A stretch of DNA of 64,000 nucleotides from Octopus vulgaris (Eukaryota). The DNA lies in the NCBI GenBank assembly GCA_951406725.2, contig OX597827.1, forward strand, positions 33,914,001 through 33,978,000. Direction: 5' to 3'. Below are positions 39,034 to 53,979 of the stretch, piece after piece (the stretch's first letter is position 1; the number at the start of each line of letters is the position of its first letter). The notes beneath the pieces were generated by a model, which was given only the letters and a program-made list of their open reading frames with translations, had not been told where the DNA came from and did no database searches. The translations under genes were made by a program, and so were the position numbers.

Positions 39034-39312
39034 ATGTACATGTATATATGTATGTGTGTATATATATATATATGTTTATATGTGAGTATGTAGAGATATA
39101 AGTATATGCATGTGTATATGTGTGTGTGTGTGTATATATATATATATGTATGGGTATGTGTATCAGTGTATATGTATATATGTATGTGTGTGTGTATGTA
39201 TATGTATGTATATGTGTATATATGTATGTGTATGTGTGTATATATGTGTATATATATATATGTATGTATGTGTATGTGTATGTATATGTATATGTGTATG
39301 TATGTGTGTGTG

Positions 39313-39378
<66 letters not shown>

Positions 39379-39865
39379 TGCGCGTGTGTGTATGTATGCA
39401 TATATGTATGTATGCATGTATATGTGTATGTATATATGTGTGTAAGTGTGTGCATATATGTATATGTAAGTATGTGTGCGTGTATGAGTATGTATGTATG
39501 CTTGCACACGTGTATATATGTGTGTGTGTGTATATATATGGATGCGCGTGCGTGTGTGCACGTGTATGGGTACGCATGTATATGTGTATGTGCGTGTATG
39601 TGTATGTATGCATATATGTATGTATGCATGTATATGTGTATGTATATATGTGTGTAAGTGTGTGCATATATGTATATGTAAGTATGTGTGCGTGTATGAG
39701 TATGTATGTATGCTTGCACACGTGTATATATGTGGGTGTGTGTATATATATGGATGCACGTGCGTGTGTGCACGTGTATGGGTACGCATGTATATGTGTA
39801 TGTGCGTATATGTGTATACGTGTATGTATGTATGTGTGTGCGTATATTTGTATATGTATGTATGA

Positions 39866-39902
<37 letters not shown>

Positions 39903-40114
39903 TGGCTGTGTGTATGCGTATAAATGCATGTAAGTATGGATGTATGGATGTATGTATGTATGTATACGTATGTATGTGTTTGTGTGTATATGTATGTATG
40001 TGTGTGTATGTGTGTATATATATATATATATGTGTGTATATATGTTTGTGTATGTATATATATGTGTATGTATGTGTGTGTATATATATGTGTGTATGTG
40101 TATGTATGTATATG

Positions 40115-40156
<42 letters not shown>

Positions 40157-40547
40157 TATGTATCTGTATGTAGGAGTATATGTGTGTGTGTGTATGTATA
40201 TGTGTATATATATATATATATGTATATTTATTGGTGTATATGTATAGACTAGCCTCCTAAAGTGTAGACACGAATCTGTAGGTACGAGTACGTATGTGTA
40301 TATACGTGAACGTATGTAGATGCTTGTATGTATGAATATAACGCGTGCGTACGTGTATGTGTATGAGCGTACGAATGGGTGAATGTACGTGCTAATGAGT
40401 GTGCGTGCGGGAATGAGTACTTGCCTTCTAGTAGACAGACAAATGGACATGCTGCCATAGCCAGGATCCTTAGCTCTAGAGATCAAAGATAACAAAAGTA
40501 ATAAATGAAGATAATAAAATTAAAATTAGGGAATGGGCCTGTATTGG

Positions 40548-40612
<65 letters not shown>

Positions 40613-40713
40613 GTGTATGTGTAGGTATGTATAGGTACACATGTGTATGTGTATGTGTATGTATATGTGTATATGTATGTATGTGCACACATGTGTGTAT
40701 ATATGTATGCGTG

Positions 40714-40771
<58 letters not shown>

Positions 40772-41062
40772 TATGTGTATGTGGGTGTATGTATATATAG
40801 GTGTAAATATGTGTATATAGGGAACTAGGTGTGTTGTGTGTGCATGAGTGTATGTGCGTATGAATATATATTTTTCTGTGTATATATGTATGTGTGGTCG
40901 TAGGTATATATATACATGTGTGTATGCGTGCATGCATGGGAGTGAGTGTATGCATATATACGTGTGTGTATGTGTAGACAGGTATATGCATGTGCATGTG
41001 TATAAATTTGTATATGTGGGCGGGTGTATGTATGTGTGTATGTAGATATGTATGTATATGTG

Positions 41063-41115
<53 letters not shown>

Positions 41116-41610
41116 ATATATGTGTGTGTAGATACGTATACATATGTGTATAGGTATAAGTGAGAATCTCCTTATTTACCTATAACTCTATCCCCCCTTT
41201 TTTTATATATATATTTTTTTATATATATATTTTTTATATTTATATATATTTTTTATTTTTTTATTTTTTTATTTTTTTATTTATTTTATTTTATTTTTTT
41301 TTTTAAATTTATTCTTTTATTTTATTATTTTTTTATTTTTATATTTTTTTTTTTTTTTTTTATTTTTTTTATTTTTTTAAAAATTTTTTTATTTATCTAT
41401 TCTTTCATCTAACTTACCACTGACTCCTTGACCACTCCCCCAAGTATGATATTTTGCGCTATGCCTACCCCCAAAAAAGTCCCCCACCACCACTCCTTTA
41501 AACCTGCCTAAATGTATAAATGCTAATACAATTCTTGTTAAATAGCTTCCTGAAGATTTCTCTTGAATGAAACAGTACTAGTCCTGTAGAAGCTCCTTCT
41601 ATATAATAAA
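38572..41610. mobile_element. Hammerhead-bearing inverted repeats (~38640-38872 and ~41390-41610) enclosing a ~2.3 kb composite microsatellite
   Basis: Arms are near-perfect reverse complements. Hammerhead motifs at 38659-38709 (-) and 41544-41594 (+). Same family as 19158-19366. Confidence 0.75.
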
Positions 41611-41647
<37 letters not shown>

Positions 41648-41699
41648 TATGTGTGTGTGCGCGCGTATATATGTGAATATATATATATATGTGTATGTA

Positions 41700-41746
<47 letters not shown>

Positions 41747-42025
41747 GTACATATGTATGTAATGTGTACGTGCTCATGTGAAAAAGCATTCACACACACA
41801 CACGCACATACACACACAAGTACGCACATGTTCATACGAAAACGCACACACTGTCACGCACACTCGAAAGTACACACGAAAATATTTTCACCTGAAAAGA
41901 CTACGCATTCATTTTATACAACGCACCCAATGAATGCATACTATAGTGTGTGTGTGTGTATATTATATGCATGCAATATAATATATAATATATACATTTA
42001 TACGCATATATATGTCTATATATAT

Positions 42026-42612
42026 AATATTAAAATTACTAAGTCTCTCTAAAAGAGATTACGGCAGCGTTACTGGAAATTAATTGTTATCGCCATATTA
42101 ATATGGCAGTCTTATAGATATAAGACTAAAAGCTGTCGCTGATTAGCTCCATGAGGCCATCGCCTTAAGATAGCTATTTGACACACAAACTGTGTCCATT
42201 ATAACCTTCGAACAAGGGAGGTCAGCCGCTTCACACTGCCAGTCAGACAGCTACAGATGCGTTTCAGGGTATTTGCCCTTTGTCAATGCAGCGTAGGCGA
42301 TTAATTCCACCCTTCTATCTGAAATCTATAGATTACGTTGTTTTCAGAGATGTTGATGACTGCTGTATATGGTGAGTTACACGCACAACACGCCACAGGC
42401 TTTTATCGAACATAAAATATATATCCGCTTGTTTAATGTTATGTTTAATGTTATGTTTAATGTTATGGCCATAACATTAAACAAGCGGATGTATATTTTA
42501 TGTTCGATAAACGCCTGTGGCGTGTTGTGCGTGTAACTCACCATATACAGCAGTCATCAACATCTCTGAAAACAACGTAATCTATAGATTTCAGATAGAA
42601 GGGTGGAATTAA
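42026..42612. repeat. Hairpin-rich repeat (also at ~10143-10395) with a local inverted duplication
   Basis: 42026-42150 matches 10150-10340 in part; ~42300-42440 is the reverse complement of ~42470-42612. Confidence 0.7.
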
Positions 42613-42834
42613 TCAAACTATAAATATTAAAGAGATATAAGTAATCACACAGAAGAAGAACAACAGCGAAGATAAATTCATTAAATTTATATTTAGAAAT
42701 TGTTACCCATTGAATCGTAATTTTGAGTTTCATGTTTCGGAAAGAAAAATTATAAATGCAGAAAATTTTATTTAAAAACATACAGAAACATCCCGAAACA
42801 AGAACGAAATCAAAGAAATATCTTTTATAAAGAA

Positions 42835-42885
42835 ATGGCGTTGCATGCATCGTGTTTACTGGAGATTTTTTTGGTCTCCTGTTTG
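42835..42885 (+). CDS. Gene B exon 1: signal peptide MALHASCLLEIFLVSCL
   Basis: Same length (51 nt), phase and G|GTAAGT donor as gene A exon 1; flanks homologous. Confidence 0.78.
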
Positions 42886-45390
42886 GTAAGTTGGAGTATA
42901 ATTTAATTGAGATATTTAGAATTTGATCGATTGATTAACTGAAAATTTGGATTAATTCTTATGCATTTTTGTGACCGTTGGCGATTTGATTTTGCTTTTT
43001 ATGTTTTGCTAAACTGCAAAGAGAAGGGCATTTTTCTTCTATTCACTGAGTACTAATGTATATATTTATTCTGTGTGTGTGTGTGTGTGCTGGCGTGGGG
43101 CCTGGTGATAAGAGTGCTGCACTCATGATCGTAAAATTGTGGTTTCGATTACTGGAAATGGTGATATATTTTGCTCTTGAACACAATACTTCATTTCACG
43201 TTACTCCAGTCCACTCAAAGAGCAAAAATAAGTAATCCAGCGTCGGACTAGGGTCCCGCCGAGTGGGAGATTTATATATACCACACACACACTCATGTAT
43301 ATAATTAGGCCTGTCTGCAAAAAATTTTCTTCCCCAAAATTTTTTGTTTATGGAGAAATGTTCTCCGTGCAGGCACCAGTCTTGTGCTACCATCGATTGA
43401 TAATTCTGGTTATCCTTCGAGTGCTTATGTATTAATGTTTATGGTTGGTTACTTTAACCATTCTTAGTACTTTCCACTTCTAAAAGTTCAGTTGTCCCTG
43501 TAAAGGCTTCATTATTTTTGCTATAGGAGAAGTAATTAATAGTTTAAAGAAAACAGAGGATACAAATAGAATATTTCCTTTTTAAATCCTTATACAGTCA
43601 TATTAAGTTCTTCTTTTGCCTACGTGACGTTTCAACCATTTGTTAGTGTTCATACTTGCTCTTTAAAGTGCGTTATGATGTAATAAATAAACAATGGTCA
43701 TTTTAACTGCTATTTTTCATTTCTCCCGAATGGAGAATTATTCTAACTGAATGGGAAAACTTTTGTTCCCTTATTCAACTGCATGGTAGATACTGTTCTA
43801 AAAATAGCTCAAAACTGACTTTTTGACCCGACTGGTCAAGGGAGGAAATTGTCGCCAAAATCTAGGTCATGTTACTATTCTTCGATTTTGGTTTTTGATA
43901 AAAAAAACATTAATCATTGTTTTTTGTAAAGTAGTCAGGACTTTCATTCGATTACTACTAATTTTATACTGTTCGTGCATCAGGCCCTTAAGGTGTTTTT
44001 CTGTGTTTTTATTATTCATAATTTAATATTTTAATATTGGTAGGTACTTGATTGTATTCGTTCTTATGCTATTATTATTTATATAATCGCTATTGTTATT
44101 AGTATTAATATTATTTGTAATTATTAATGTGTTAATATGAATAGATAAGTTCGTTATATTTTTTCGTATATCTAATTTATATTATGGATACCCAATTTAT
44201 TGATATCATATTTTTAGTCTCATAATATTTATTTATCATATTACTATATTAACCTTAAGTTTTCATTTCTAATATGTCCCCGAGACAGGTTTATTTATTC
44301 TTCTTATTCTTCAGTGTTTTGTATCTATCATGCATATGTTTATTTTTATGGACATGACTCATTGCTAATTAATTTAGGTTTTGATATCATAGTCTAGTAT
44401 ATTTTCTTTAACGTATTTCCTTTACTTCCAATATTGTGAAGCCACCTCATATATTCTGTTTTTACTATTTGTACTGTCCCCTCACATCTGCCTTTATATG
44501 TTTTGCTCGTATTAGTATTAGTGATATTAATATTAATATTTAAAAAAATTATTAATCTAGATATGTATCTCACTATTGTTGTTCAATATTTAATTTTATA
44601 TTGGAATACCTAGTTTGTTATTCTCATATTGGTATCATATTTTATGATATTATCTCTCTATAGTATTTATTATTCAATTATATTGGATAATTAATTTTTA
44701 TTATTAGATTGACTTATATTTTATATTTCTAGTATATCCCATACTCCATTCATGTTTCCAATATGCCCTATACCCGAGTTTCTTTTATTGTTACTATTAT
44801 ATCTTTATTTGTACCTATTGTACATATATTTAGCTTTATAAGCACAACTTTATCCTATTTCCCACGTATTGTTAATTAATTTACGTTTTGATGTGATAAT
44901 CTGGTAAATTTCTTCGACATATAGTTCCCATCTTTTTCTCCCTCTGCAGTAAGCTTTTACCTGGTCAATTATTTCCCACGTAAGTGTATAGTCCTTATTT
45001 TTATCTAATCGACCAAATTAGTTTGCTTAAGCACGTACTCTTTCCTTTGTGTATATCCTTAAAAGTTTTTTCATGATTTGCTATCCTTCTTTTTATATAA
45101 TTTTTCGTAGCTCCTATATAATAATATTCTTGCTCTTCTGATGTAATATTGCATCTACATATAACTTCTTTTACCCTACATTTAGAATTGAGCAGATATT
45201 GCCATCTCTTGGCAGAATCACAAGTTTTATTTTTTGGAATACTTTCTGTTTATCTATTATCTATTATGCTTTCAGAGTTTTCTTCTACATTTCTATTTTC
45301 TGGGTTTAGAGTAGTTTTCGTTCGTCCAAGATTATGGAGTTTTATCAATCTCGTCTTTATAATAAGATATATGTATGTATATATATATAT

Positions 45391-45434
<44 letters not shown>

Positions 45435-45520
45435 ATATAATATATATATATAATATTATATATATATATGATATATATATATAATATATGACATATATGC
45501 ATGTATATAATATATGATAT

Positions 45521-45699
45521 TAGGCGCAGGAGTGGCTGTGTGGTAAGTAGCTTGCTTACCAACCACATGATTCTGGGTTCAGTCCCACTGCATGGCACCT
45601 TGGGCAAATGTCTTCTACTATAGCCTCGGGCCGACCAAAGCCTTGTGAGTGGATTTGGCAGACGGAAACTGAAAGAAGCCCGTCGTATATATGTATATG

Positions 45700-45783
<84 letters not shown>

Positions 45784-45978
45784 TGTGTCTGTGTTTGTCC
45801 CTAACAGCTTGACAACCAATGCTAATGTGTTTACGTCCCCGTAACTTAGCGGACCGATAACATAAGTACTAGGCTTACAAAGAATAAGTCCTGGGGTCGA
45901 TTTGCTCGACTAAAGGCGTTGCTCCAGCATGGCCGCATTCAAATGACTGAAGCAAGTAAAAGAGTAAAAGAGTAAAAG
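45521..45978 (+). mobile_element. Full-length tRNA-derived SINE with internal (TA)n(TG)n and (GTAAAAGA)n tail
   Basis: AGGCGCAGGAGTGGCTGTGTGGTAAG head, GGGTTCAGTCCC B-box-like motif, tandem tail. Confidence 0.82.
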
Positions 45979-46844
45979 ACATATATTGAGACCCCCTTCG
46001 GTTATGACTGACAATGAGATTGCACCTAGAAAGTTACTCTCCCAGGCCCAAGTCCGAGCAAGGTTGTTTATGGAAAATCAGCAGTCGCCCATGCATATCA
46101 GCCTCCCCTCTCCACACCACCAGTGTTATCCAAGGGAACGGCAATTTCTACACGCTAGGGGACAGTCAAAACGACCGAAAACCATAAAATTTAAGCAATT
46201 TCAAAGGGAATGAAAAAAATAAAGCCTTTTAAAAGTTTTTATATTTTTCATTCCCTTTGAAATTGCTTGAATTTTGTGGTTTTCGGTCGTTTTGACTGTC
46301 CCCTAGCGTGTAGAAATTGCCTGTTATAGGTAATTCCTCTTTATGTTTAAATACACACTATTTTATATTGAATAATATGTCGTCTAGTGACTTATTATAC
46401 ATGCTAGGCCACTGGTAGTAAAATTTGTAAAAATTTACTACCTTATATAGATATCTAAGTATTGATATTAGCTTTTCAAAGTTCGTTTCGGCATTTTTCA
46501 TTTTCTGCCGATTGAAACTGCGCCTGCGTGGTGGAATTTGAAAAAAAAATTATAACATATAACATATAAAGATGAGACACGTGCTATTGGTCTCATAATT
46601 ATAGTTTAGTCTTGAATGGCTCGGCTACTGATGAGGATTTGCCTAGTAAATTATTATTATATTTACTAAAAAAATCTGAAACCTATAGTTATAAACGTAA
46701 AAACAAGGTAAAAGTTTTTATTTTTTCATTCCCTTTGAAATTGCTTGAATTTTGTGGTTTTTCGGTCGTTTTTGACTGTCTCCTAGCGTGTAGAAATTAC
46801 CTGTCATAGGTAATTTTCTCTTTATGTTTAAATGTACACTATTT

Positions 46845-46880
<36 letters not shown>

Positions 46881-46900
46881 ATGTATGATATATATGTACA

Positions 46901-46938
<38 letters not shown>

Positions 46939-48356
46939 AAAGGATAAAATCTGTTTTGGGCGAATATTAATGCTTTGTTAAGCAAAATAAGGAAGATCAA
47001 CGCATACTGATAGAGGGGGTCCTAGGGGAATTTTATGTTGGGGTTGTGTCAGGGTTTTTTCCCACAGATGGGCGATGGAGCATTTTTTGGCAAATAGGTG
47101 GGCGATATTGCAATTTGGCGGGAAAAGTTTGGTAACACCCTCCTATGTTAGGATCCTGTTTTATTTATTTTTCATAATCTTGATATCTTGCGTCATTTCT
47201 ATCTTATATCCTTGATGCATATAGAATTTTTAAACGATTTAGGCGGTTTGCGATTTTGAAGGTTGACGTTTTTATTCCTATATTTATTAAACTCTCATTC
47301 GTTTTGTGCCTCCGATATTTATCACAACATAACTCTTTAGATGTAATCTTTATTCATATGTAATTTTATATGTATTTTTATGTTTTTATATTTCTTCTAT
47401 ATTTTAATGCATGTTTGGCTTTATTATTTATACCTTTGGAGAATCTTTACGCCTGTACATGCATGATTTATGGTGATGTGTATAAATATTTATGATTCAA
47501 TTACATTGATTGAATATCTTCATTTATGTGTTCGGGAATTTGTTCGACTGCCTATGACTTGCGTTTTCAATCTCCTTTACTCTGGTTCTTTTTCGCATTG
47601 ACTCTCTATATGAGTTCAGTTAGATATTAACTAAAACTAGTTTTTTTAATACCTAACCGGACGCACATATCTTTTTTCTCATAAGGATAAACATGAATCT
47701 CCTCGGCGCTATTCTGCTATTTCCTTTCTCAATGTAAAAATGTTGATTATATTTCTTGCACTGAAAAGCACAGAGATTTAATTAATTCTATTCAATCATG
47801 AATTTGCATGATTTTTATATCACTGTACGAAACAATCAACTGCATAAAATAAAATTCTCTTATATATTTTAACATCTTCACTTCTCCACTTTATCAAAAT
47901 TGTTGAGTTTTATGGAATTTCTTTCTACAAATTCACAACACACCATATACAAGTATATATATATATATATATATTTGTAAAAAATGAAGTTCGAAAATGC
48001 TGCTGTATTATACAATTTTTAATTTTTATATATACATTATAACATGTTTCAGTTCCTGAAATGAACCTTATCAAAAAAAGTTATATATAAAAAGAGACAG
48101 CTCATGCCGTCAAACACAAGAAATTCATTTATAATACACAACGGAGTCAGACATCTTAGAGTTCATGTATAGTTGATATATAGTTCATGTATAGTTGATA
48201 TATAGTTTGAAGTATATGTTCAAAGTGTTCGATGCAGTGGCCCACGGTGGCGATACGTATTCAATACAAAAAACAGATCAAAGTGGTGGAAAGCGGTCAA
48301 TACAGAAGATTGATGTTTCTGAAAGAGCGAGGAATTCATTTTTACCTTAAGCAATT

Positions 48357-48477
<121 letters not shown>

Positions 48478-48553
48478 TATATATGCGCGCCTGTGTGTAT
48501 ATATATATATACATATATATACTTATACATATGTATATATATATATTATATAT

Positions 48554-48587
<34 letters not shown>

Positions 48588-48626
48588 ATATTATATATAT
48601 ATATTATATATATATATATTTGTATA

Positions 48627-49130
<504 letters not shown>

Positions 49131-49279
49131 AACAATTAAAAAAATTATGCCGTTTCAATTCCGGGCAACGCCGGGTATCTCTGCTAGTATATATATATAA
49201 CTTTGGGTAGTCATTGGTTATTCTAGGTCAGTATGTCACAACAGGCTACAACTGCCCTCAGCAATATAAGCGACTTATC

Positions 49280-49330
<51 letters not shown>

Positions 49331-49344
49331 CACATATACACATA

Positions 49345-50778
49345 TCAGGTATTCTACCATTTTTAAAATTGAATGAAATTTAATCGTATTTTAGAATGTC
49401 TAATGGAATTAAAAATTATTTTGATGCATTTGTGTGCATTTAAACTCATTAAATATTATTTTACAGAATAATAGAATTAAAATTTCTTTGATTAAAAACC
49501 TTTCTAACATGGAAGTACCTAAAGAGCATTTGAGGCACATAATGCTTTATGTGTACAAAAAAGGAAACTCTACAGCTGAAGCGACTCGAAACATATACCC
49601 AGTTTATGGGAAAGAATGCTTGAATGAAAGAACTTGCAGAAGATGGTTTACAAAATTCAGAAGTGGAGATTACAGCCTCGAAGAAGATCAAACAGGACGT
49701 CCAGTTGAGTTTGATGATAAGCTCCTTGAGGCATTACTTGAAGAAAATCCTGTATTATCAGTTGAAGAAATGGCAATAAAGCTTATTTCAAACCATACAA
49801 CTGTTCATCGTCCTCTTCAACAACTTGGAAAGGTTCCTAAACTTGGAAAAAGAGTGCCTCATGAATTGTCAGAAAGCAACCGCAAATCCTGAGTTGACAT
49901 CTGCTCTTCTCTTCATTCTTGCGAACTCATTTCACTCTTTTTGGATAGACTGGCGACTGGTGACGAAAAATGGATCTTCTATCGAACTGTTAAACGTCGT
50001 AAACAGTGGCTTTGTAAAAGGGAAAAAGCTCCGAGAAGGGAACTTCATGGGAAAAAGGTTCTTCTCTCCATCTGGTGGGATTGCAAAGGAGTAATTCACT
50101 TTGAATTGTTACCACCTAATGCAACAATCAATGCTCAAGTCTACTGTCAGCAATTAGAGCGTTTGAATCAAGCTTTGAAGAAAAAAAGACTCGCTTTAGT
50201 GAATCGAAAAGGAGTGATGTTTCATCAGGACAATGCTTAACCCCGCACTGCAAAGATCACATCACAGAAGATCGAAGAGCTTGGTTGAGAAAAAATTCCT
50301 CATCCACCTTATTCTCCCGAGATTGCTCCTTCAGACTATCATTTGTTTCGTAGTTTAAAGAATCATTTGGGGGACATAACTTTCAGAAGCCAGGAGGAGG
50401 TCGAAACTGACATTTCAAAGTTCTTCGCTTTGAAACCAAACGAGTTTTACAGTGCAGTGATGAGATTAAAAAGCTTGTAAAAAGATGGAAGGAAGTCATA
50501 GATAATCAGGGAAATAACTTGATGATTAAATTTCAATTAATTGTTTTATTAATTGTTTTTAATTGTTTTATTTGTTTCAGTCAGGGATTGCGGCCATACC
50601 GGAGCACCGCCTTTAGTCGTAGAAGTCGACCCTAGGATTTATTCTTTGTAAGCTTAGTACTTATTCCATAGGTATATTTTGCTGAGCTGCTAAGTTACGG
50701 GGACGTAAACAGAGCAACATCGGTTGTCAAGCGATGTTGAAGGACAAAAACGCAGACACACACACATACACACACACG

Positions 50779-50810
<32 letters not shown>

Positions 50811-50866
50811 TTTGATCACTTGTTTCCTTTATTCAAAATTCGAACAGAACTTATGGGATGACCTGA
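49345..50866 (+). mobile_element. Near full-length decayed mariner (DD34D)
   Basis: MEVPKEHLRHIMLY, RVPHEL, TGDEKW, HQDNA, YSPEIAPSDY; premature stops at ~49890 and ~50238; 3' TIR GAACTTATGGGATGACCTGA-TA. Confidence 0.93.
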
Positions 50867-50884
50867 TATATATGAAGCAACGAC

Positions 50885-51085
50885 CTGGCAATCGTAAGCA
50901 CGCCGGGTGAAATGCTTAGCGGTATTTTGTCCGCCTTGACGTTCTGAGTTCAAATTCCGCCGAAGTCGCCTCTGCCTTTCATCCTTTCGGGGTCGATAAA
51001 TTAAGTATCAGTGAAACACTGAGGGTCGATGTAATCGACTATCCCCTTCCCCCAAATTTCAGGCCTTGCTCCTATAGTACAAAAG
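50885..51085 (+). mobile_element. tRNA-derived SINE (Nin-like core)
   Basis: GAGTTCAAATTCC, CCTTTCATCCTTTCGGGGTCGATAAATTAAGTA. Confidence 0.75.
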
Positions 51086-51166
51086 ATATATATATATTGT
51101 TGTATTTAGGAATGGTCATTTTGCCAGTTTAGCCAATAAATCTTGCAAAACAAATATATAAACGTA

Positions 51167-51232
<66 letters not shown>

Positions 51233-51234
<2 letters not shown>

Positions 51235-51492
51235 TCCACAGCTCTTCAATATCATCCCGAAGGACCTCAGAGACCTGCATGGGGTGGATGTAGGTGTCTT
51301 CAAAATAAAACTGAACCTCTTCCTGTCAGGTGTCCCAGAGGAACCAACTTCGCGGCAGGAGGTGCAGATGAGGGAAGCTGCATCAAACTCTCTCATGCAC
51401 CAAATGTCAATTGCTAAAAAGCATTCGTGAAGTAAAATTATGTAGCAACGCCAAATGGCAGTGCCCCAGTTTGGCCACAGCTCATGAGCTGA

Positions 51493-51497
<5 letters not shown>
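51233..51497 (+). mobile_element. LINE 3' end (CR1-like) within microsatellite
   Basis: PQLFNIIPKDLRDL..VGVFKIKLNLFLSGVPEEP. Confidence 0.6.
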
Positions 51498-51588
<91 letters not shown>

Positions 51589-52769
51589 TAAAAAAATATT
51601 AATTTATAATTAATAAATTTCACCAAGAAGTTTCGGTATGGAAAAGAACCGTATTCGGTAAAAACTTATACAAGAAGTTTTATATATAATTATAACGATA
51701 ATTAAGGGTTTAGCAATAAGTTGCTTAACCATATACCGAAAAATTTTAAAATAGCAGCCAAAAGACCGTTATTTTTTTCGCTAAATATGATTCCATAGAT
51801 AACACTCTCTGTAACTCACACAGGCAAAAAAGAAGGAAATAATGAAATCAATAGTCTTCGGTTAATTATGGACGCGTTTCTGTATTAGAATTATAAAACT
51901 TATTTCCTTATCAACATAATATTCCGATAATTATAAATTAGAAAATGCTAGAAAACATACCCATTGCATTTCTGACCAAGCGCCATCAGAACATCACACA
52001 AGGCAGTTAGCATATCCGAATTTATATAGACAAGTGAAATTCATATTTCCCCCCAATTTTTTACCATGTGCGTCACGAGACAGTACTGCAGAAAATAGAT
52101 CCGCAGCTTTTTTTGTTATCAGGGAGTAAAATAATCAATATAGATATTGGGTAAAAAAATTAAAAAAATTAATTTGTCAAAATATTTTCGTCGCTTTGAG
52201 ACCGCGACCTGTTCACTGACAAAACTCCGTGCTGTATCTGCTCAGATGCAGCACGGAGATTTGTCAGTGAGGTCGCGGTCTCAAAGCGACGAAAATATTT
52301 TGACAAATTAAATTTAAATGTTGAAGTGAATGTAACGGTTTTTGTGTGTTTCTTAAATGGCTTATAAACACCTTCCACGCTGCATATACATATACATATA
52401 CATACATACATACATACATACATACATACATACATACATACATACATACATACATACATACATGCATGCATGCATACATACATACATACATATAAAAAAC
52501 ATATAGAATATATCTATCGTATTTCGAGGTTTTCGGCTAATGAGGATATATTTAAGCAAAATCAAACTTATTATAACCATGCATTATTGGAAGTTTTACT
52601 TTATTCATAATAATAATAATAATAAAGTTCCAGAAAATGATAAGTTTATTGAGATGTTGAAAATTAATAAGGATTATAAGAACACTTAAAATTTAAGTAG
52701 CAACAACAACAATAACAACAACAACAACAACAACAGCAACAACAACAATAATAATAATAATAATTAATT

Positions 52770-53360
52770 CTTTTTATTGGCCACAAGGGCTGACAAATAT
52801 GATTGGAAAACATAGAGGGACAAAACAGGACGAAAGGTTACAAAAGGTTTTGTCCGTTTGTGAAAAATAAACGAGTAAAAAGCAGTTTAACAATAAAAAA
52901 TTTTAACAACGAAAAACTCCTAATAGAGGGGACGCTTCGAAAAAAAAAAGAAAAGGTCTCACGTGGGAAAAACCCATAAAAGCCACGGGAGCCTGGTCAA
53001 AAGGGGGGTAGAGAGCTCCTTTCTCCTTTTATAATACCTTTTTCAATTACAGGCGAAACCTCAGAATTGGTCCATTTATACTGGCCATTCTTGCACAATT
53101 CACCCACCTTTCAGAAAACTTGCTATCAGACAGCACTCTCCTCTCTAACCACATCTTCCTTTTCAAGTGAAACTTGAAAAAGTTGATGAGGCCTTGACCA
53201 AAGAGGAAAGTGTGTGACTTTAGCCCTTTCAAACGGGTCCACCATACAACCTCTTTCGCCACAGCCACTAGGCACAGGAAAACTGCCTTGCCCTCCTTGT
53301 TAAAGGAGGTCGGCGGGGTAATCCTCACTATGGATTCAGCTGATAGCCGGATCCGTCCTA
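52770..53360 (-). mobile_element. LINE 3' end (Tx1/L1-like)
   Basis: VFLCLVAVAKEVVWWTRLKG..FFKFHLKRKM..ER..F.ERW, followed by a UTR-like tract. Confidence 0.55.
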
Positions 53361-53544
53361 TACGCGACAGTAGCTGTTCGACATAAACCCATAGTTCAGC
53401 AATACTCGGCCACTGGACGAGTGCGTGCAGAACGGTTTCGTCGTCCTGTCAACACCTCGGGCAGGCCCGGCTGACGGCACTTCTGTGCCGGTAGAGTTTA
53501 TCTCGAGCAGGCAGAGCTCCTCGGTAGCAAATAATAATAATAGT

Positions 53545-53978
53545 AACATGGAATGTATTAAAAGGTATTCTCGTAGGGAAAATATATACGTTCCTTGCGG
53601 AAAACAACTTACTGCCAATAGAACAAAAGGGTTGTGGAAAAGTATCCAATGGCACCAAGGACAACCTTATGATAGACAAGGTCATAATGAAGAACTGTAA
53701 ACAGTACCAAAAAGAAAACAAAAAAAACAAACGAAAAGACTTATGCATGGCCTGGGTAGACTTCAAAAAGGTTTACAACATGTTGCCGCACACGTGGATT
53801 TTGGAAACACTCGACGTGTGTGGAATAGCTGAGAACGTGTGTGCACTGATTAAGAACGATATGCCTAGTTGGAAAACACGTCTCTCCTGTAACAACCAGC
53901 ACTTAGCCGAGATAATAATCAAAAGCGGTATCTTCCAAGGAGACTCTTATTCACCTCTGTTATTTGTTATAGCTTTGA
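53545..53978 (+). mobile_element. RLE-type LINE RT fragment
   Basis: LCMAWVDFKKVYNMLPHTWI..GIFQGDSYSPLLFVIAL; preceded by an AAT tract. Confidence 0.85.
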
Positions 53979-53979
53979 C

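Noticed and set aside
38822-40495. 557-aa ORF and overlapping Y/I/H/T- or C/V/M-rich ORFs
   Set aside because: Translations of TA/TG/TATG microsatellite, open only because these repeats lack stops.
49434-50240. Active or domesticated mariner transposase
   Set aside because: In-frame stops and a damaged 5' TIR.
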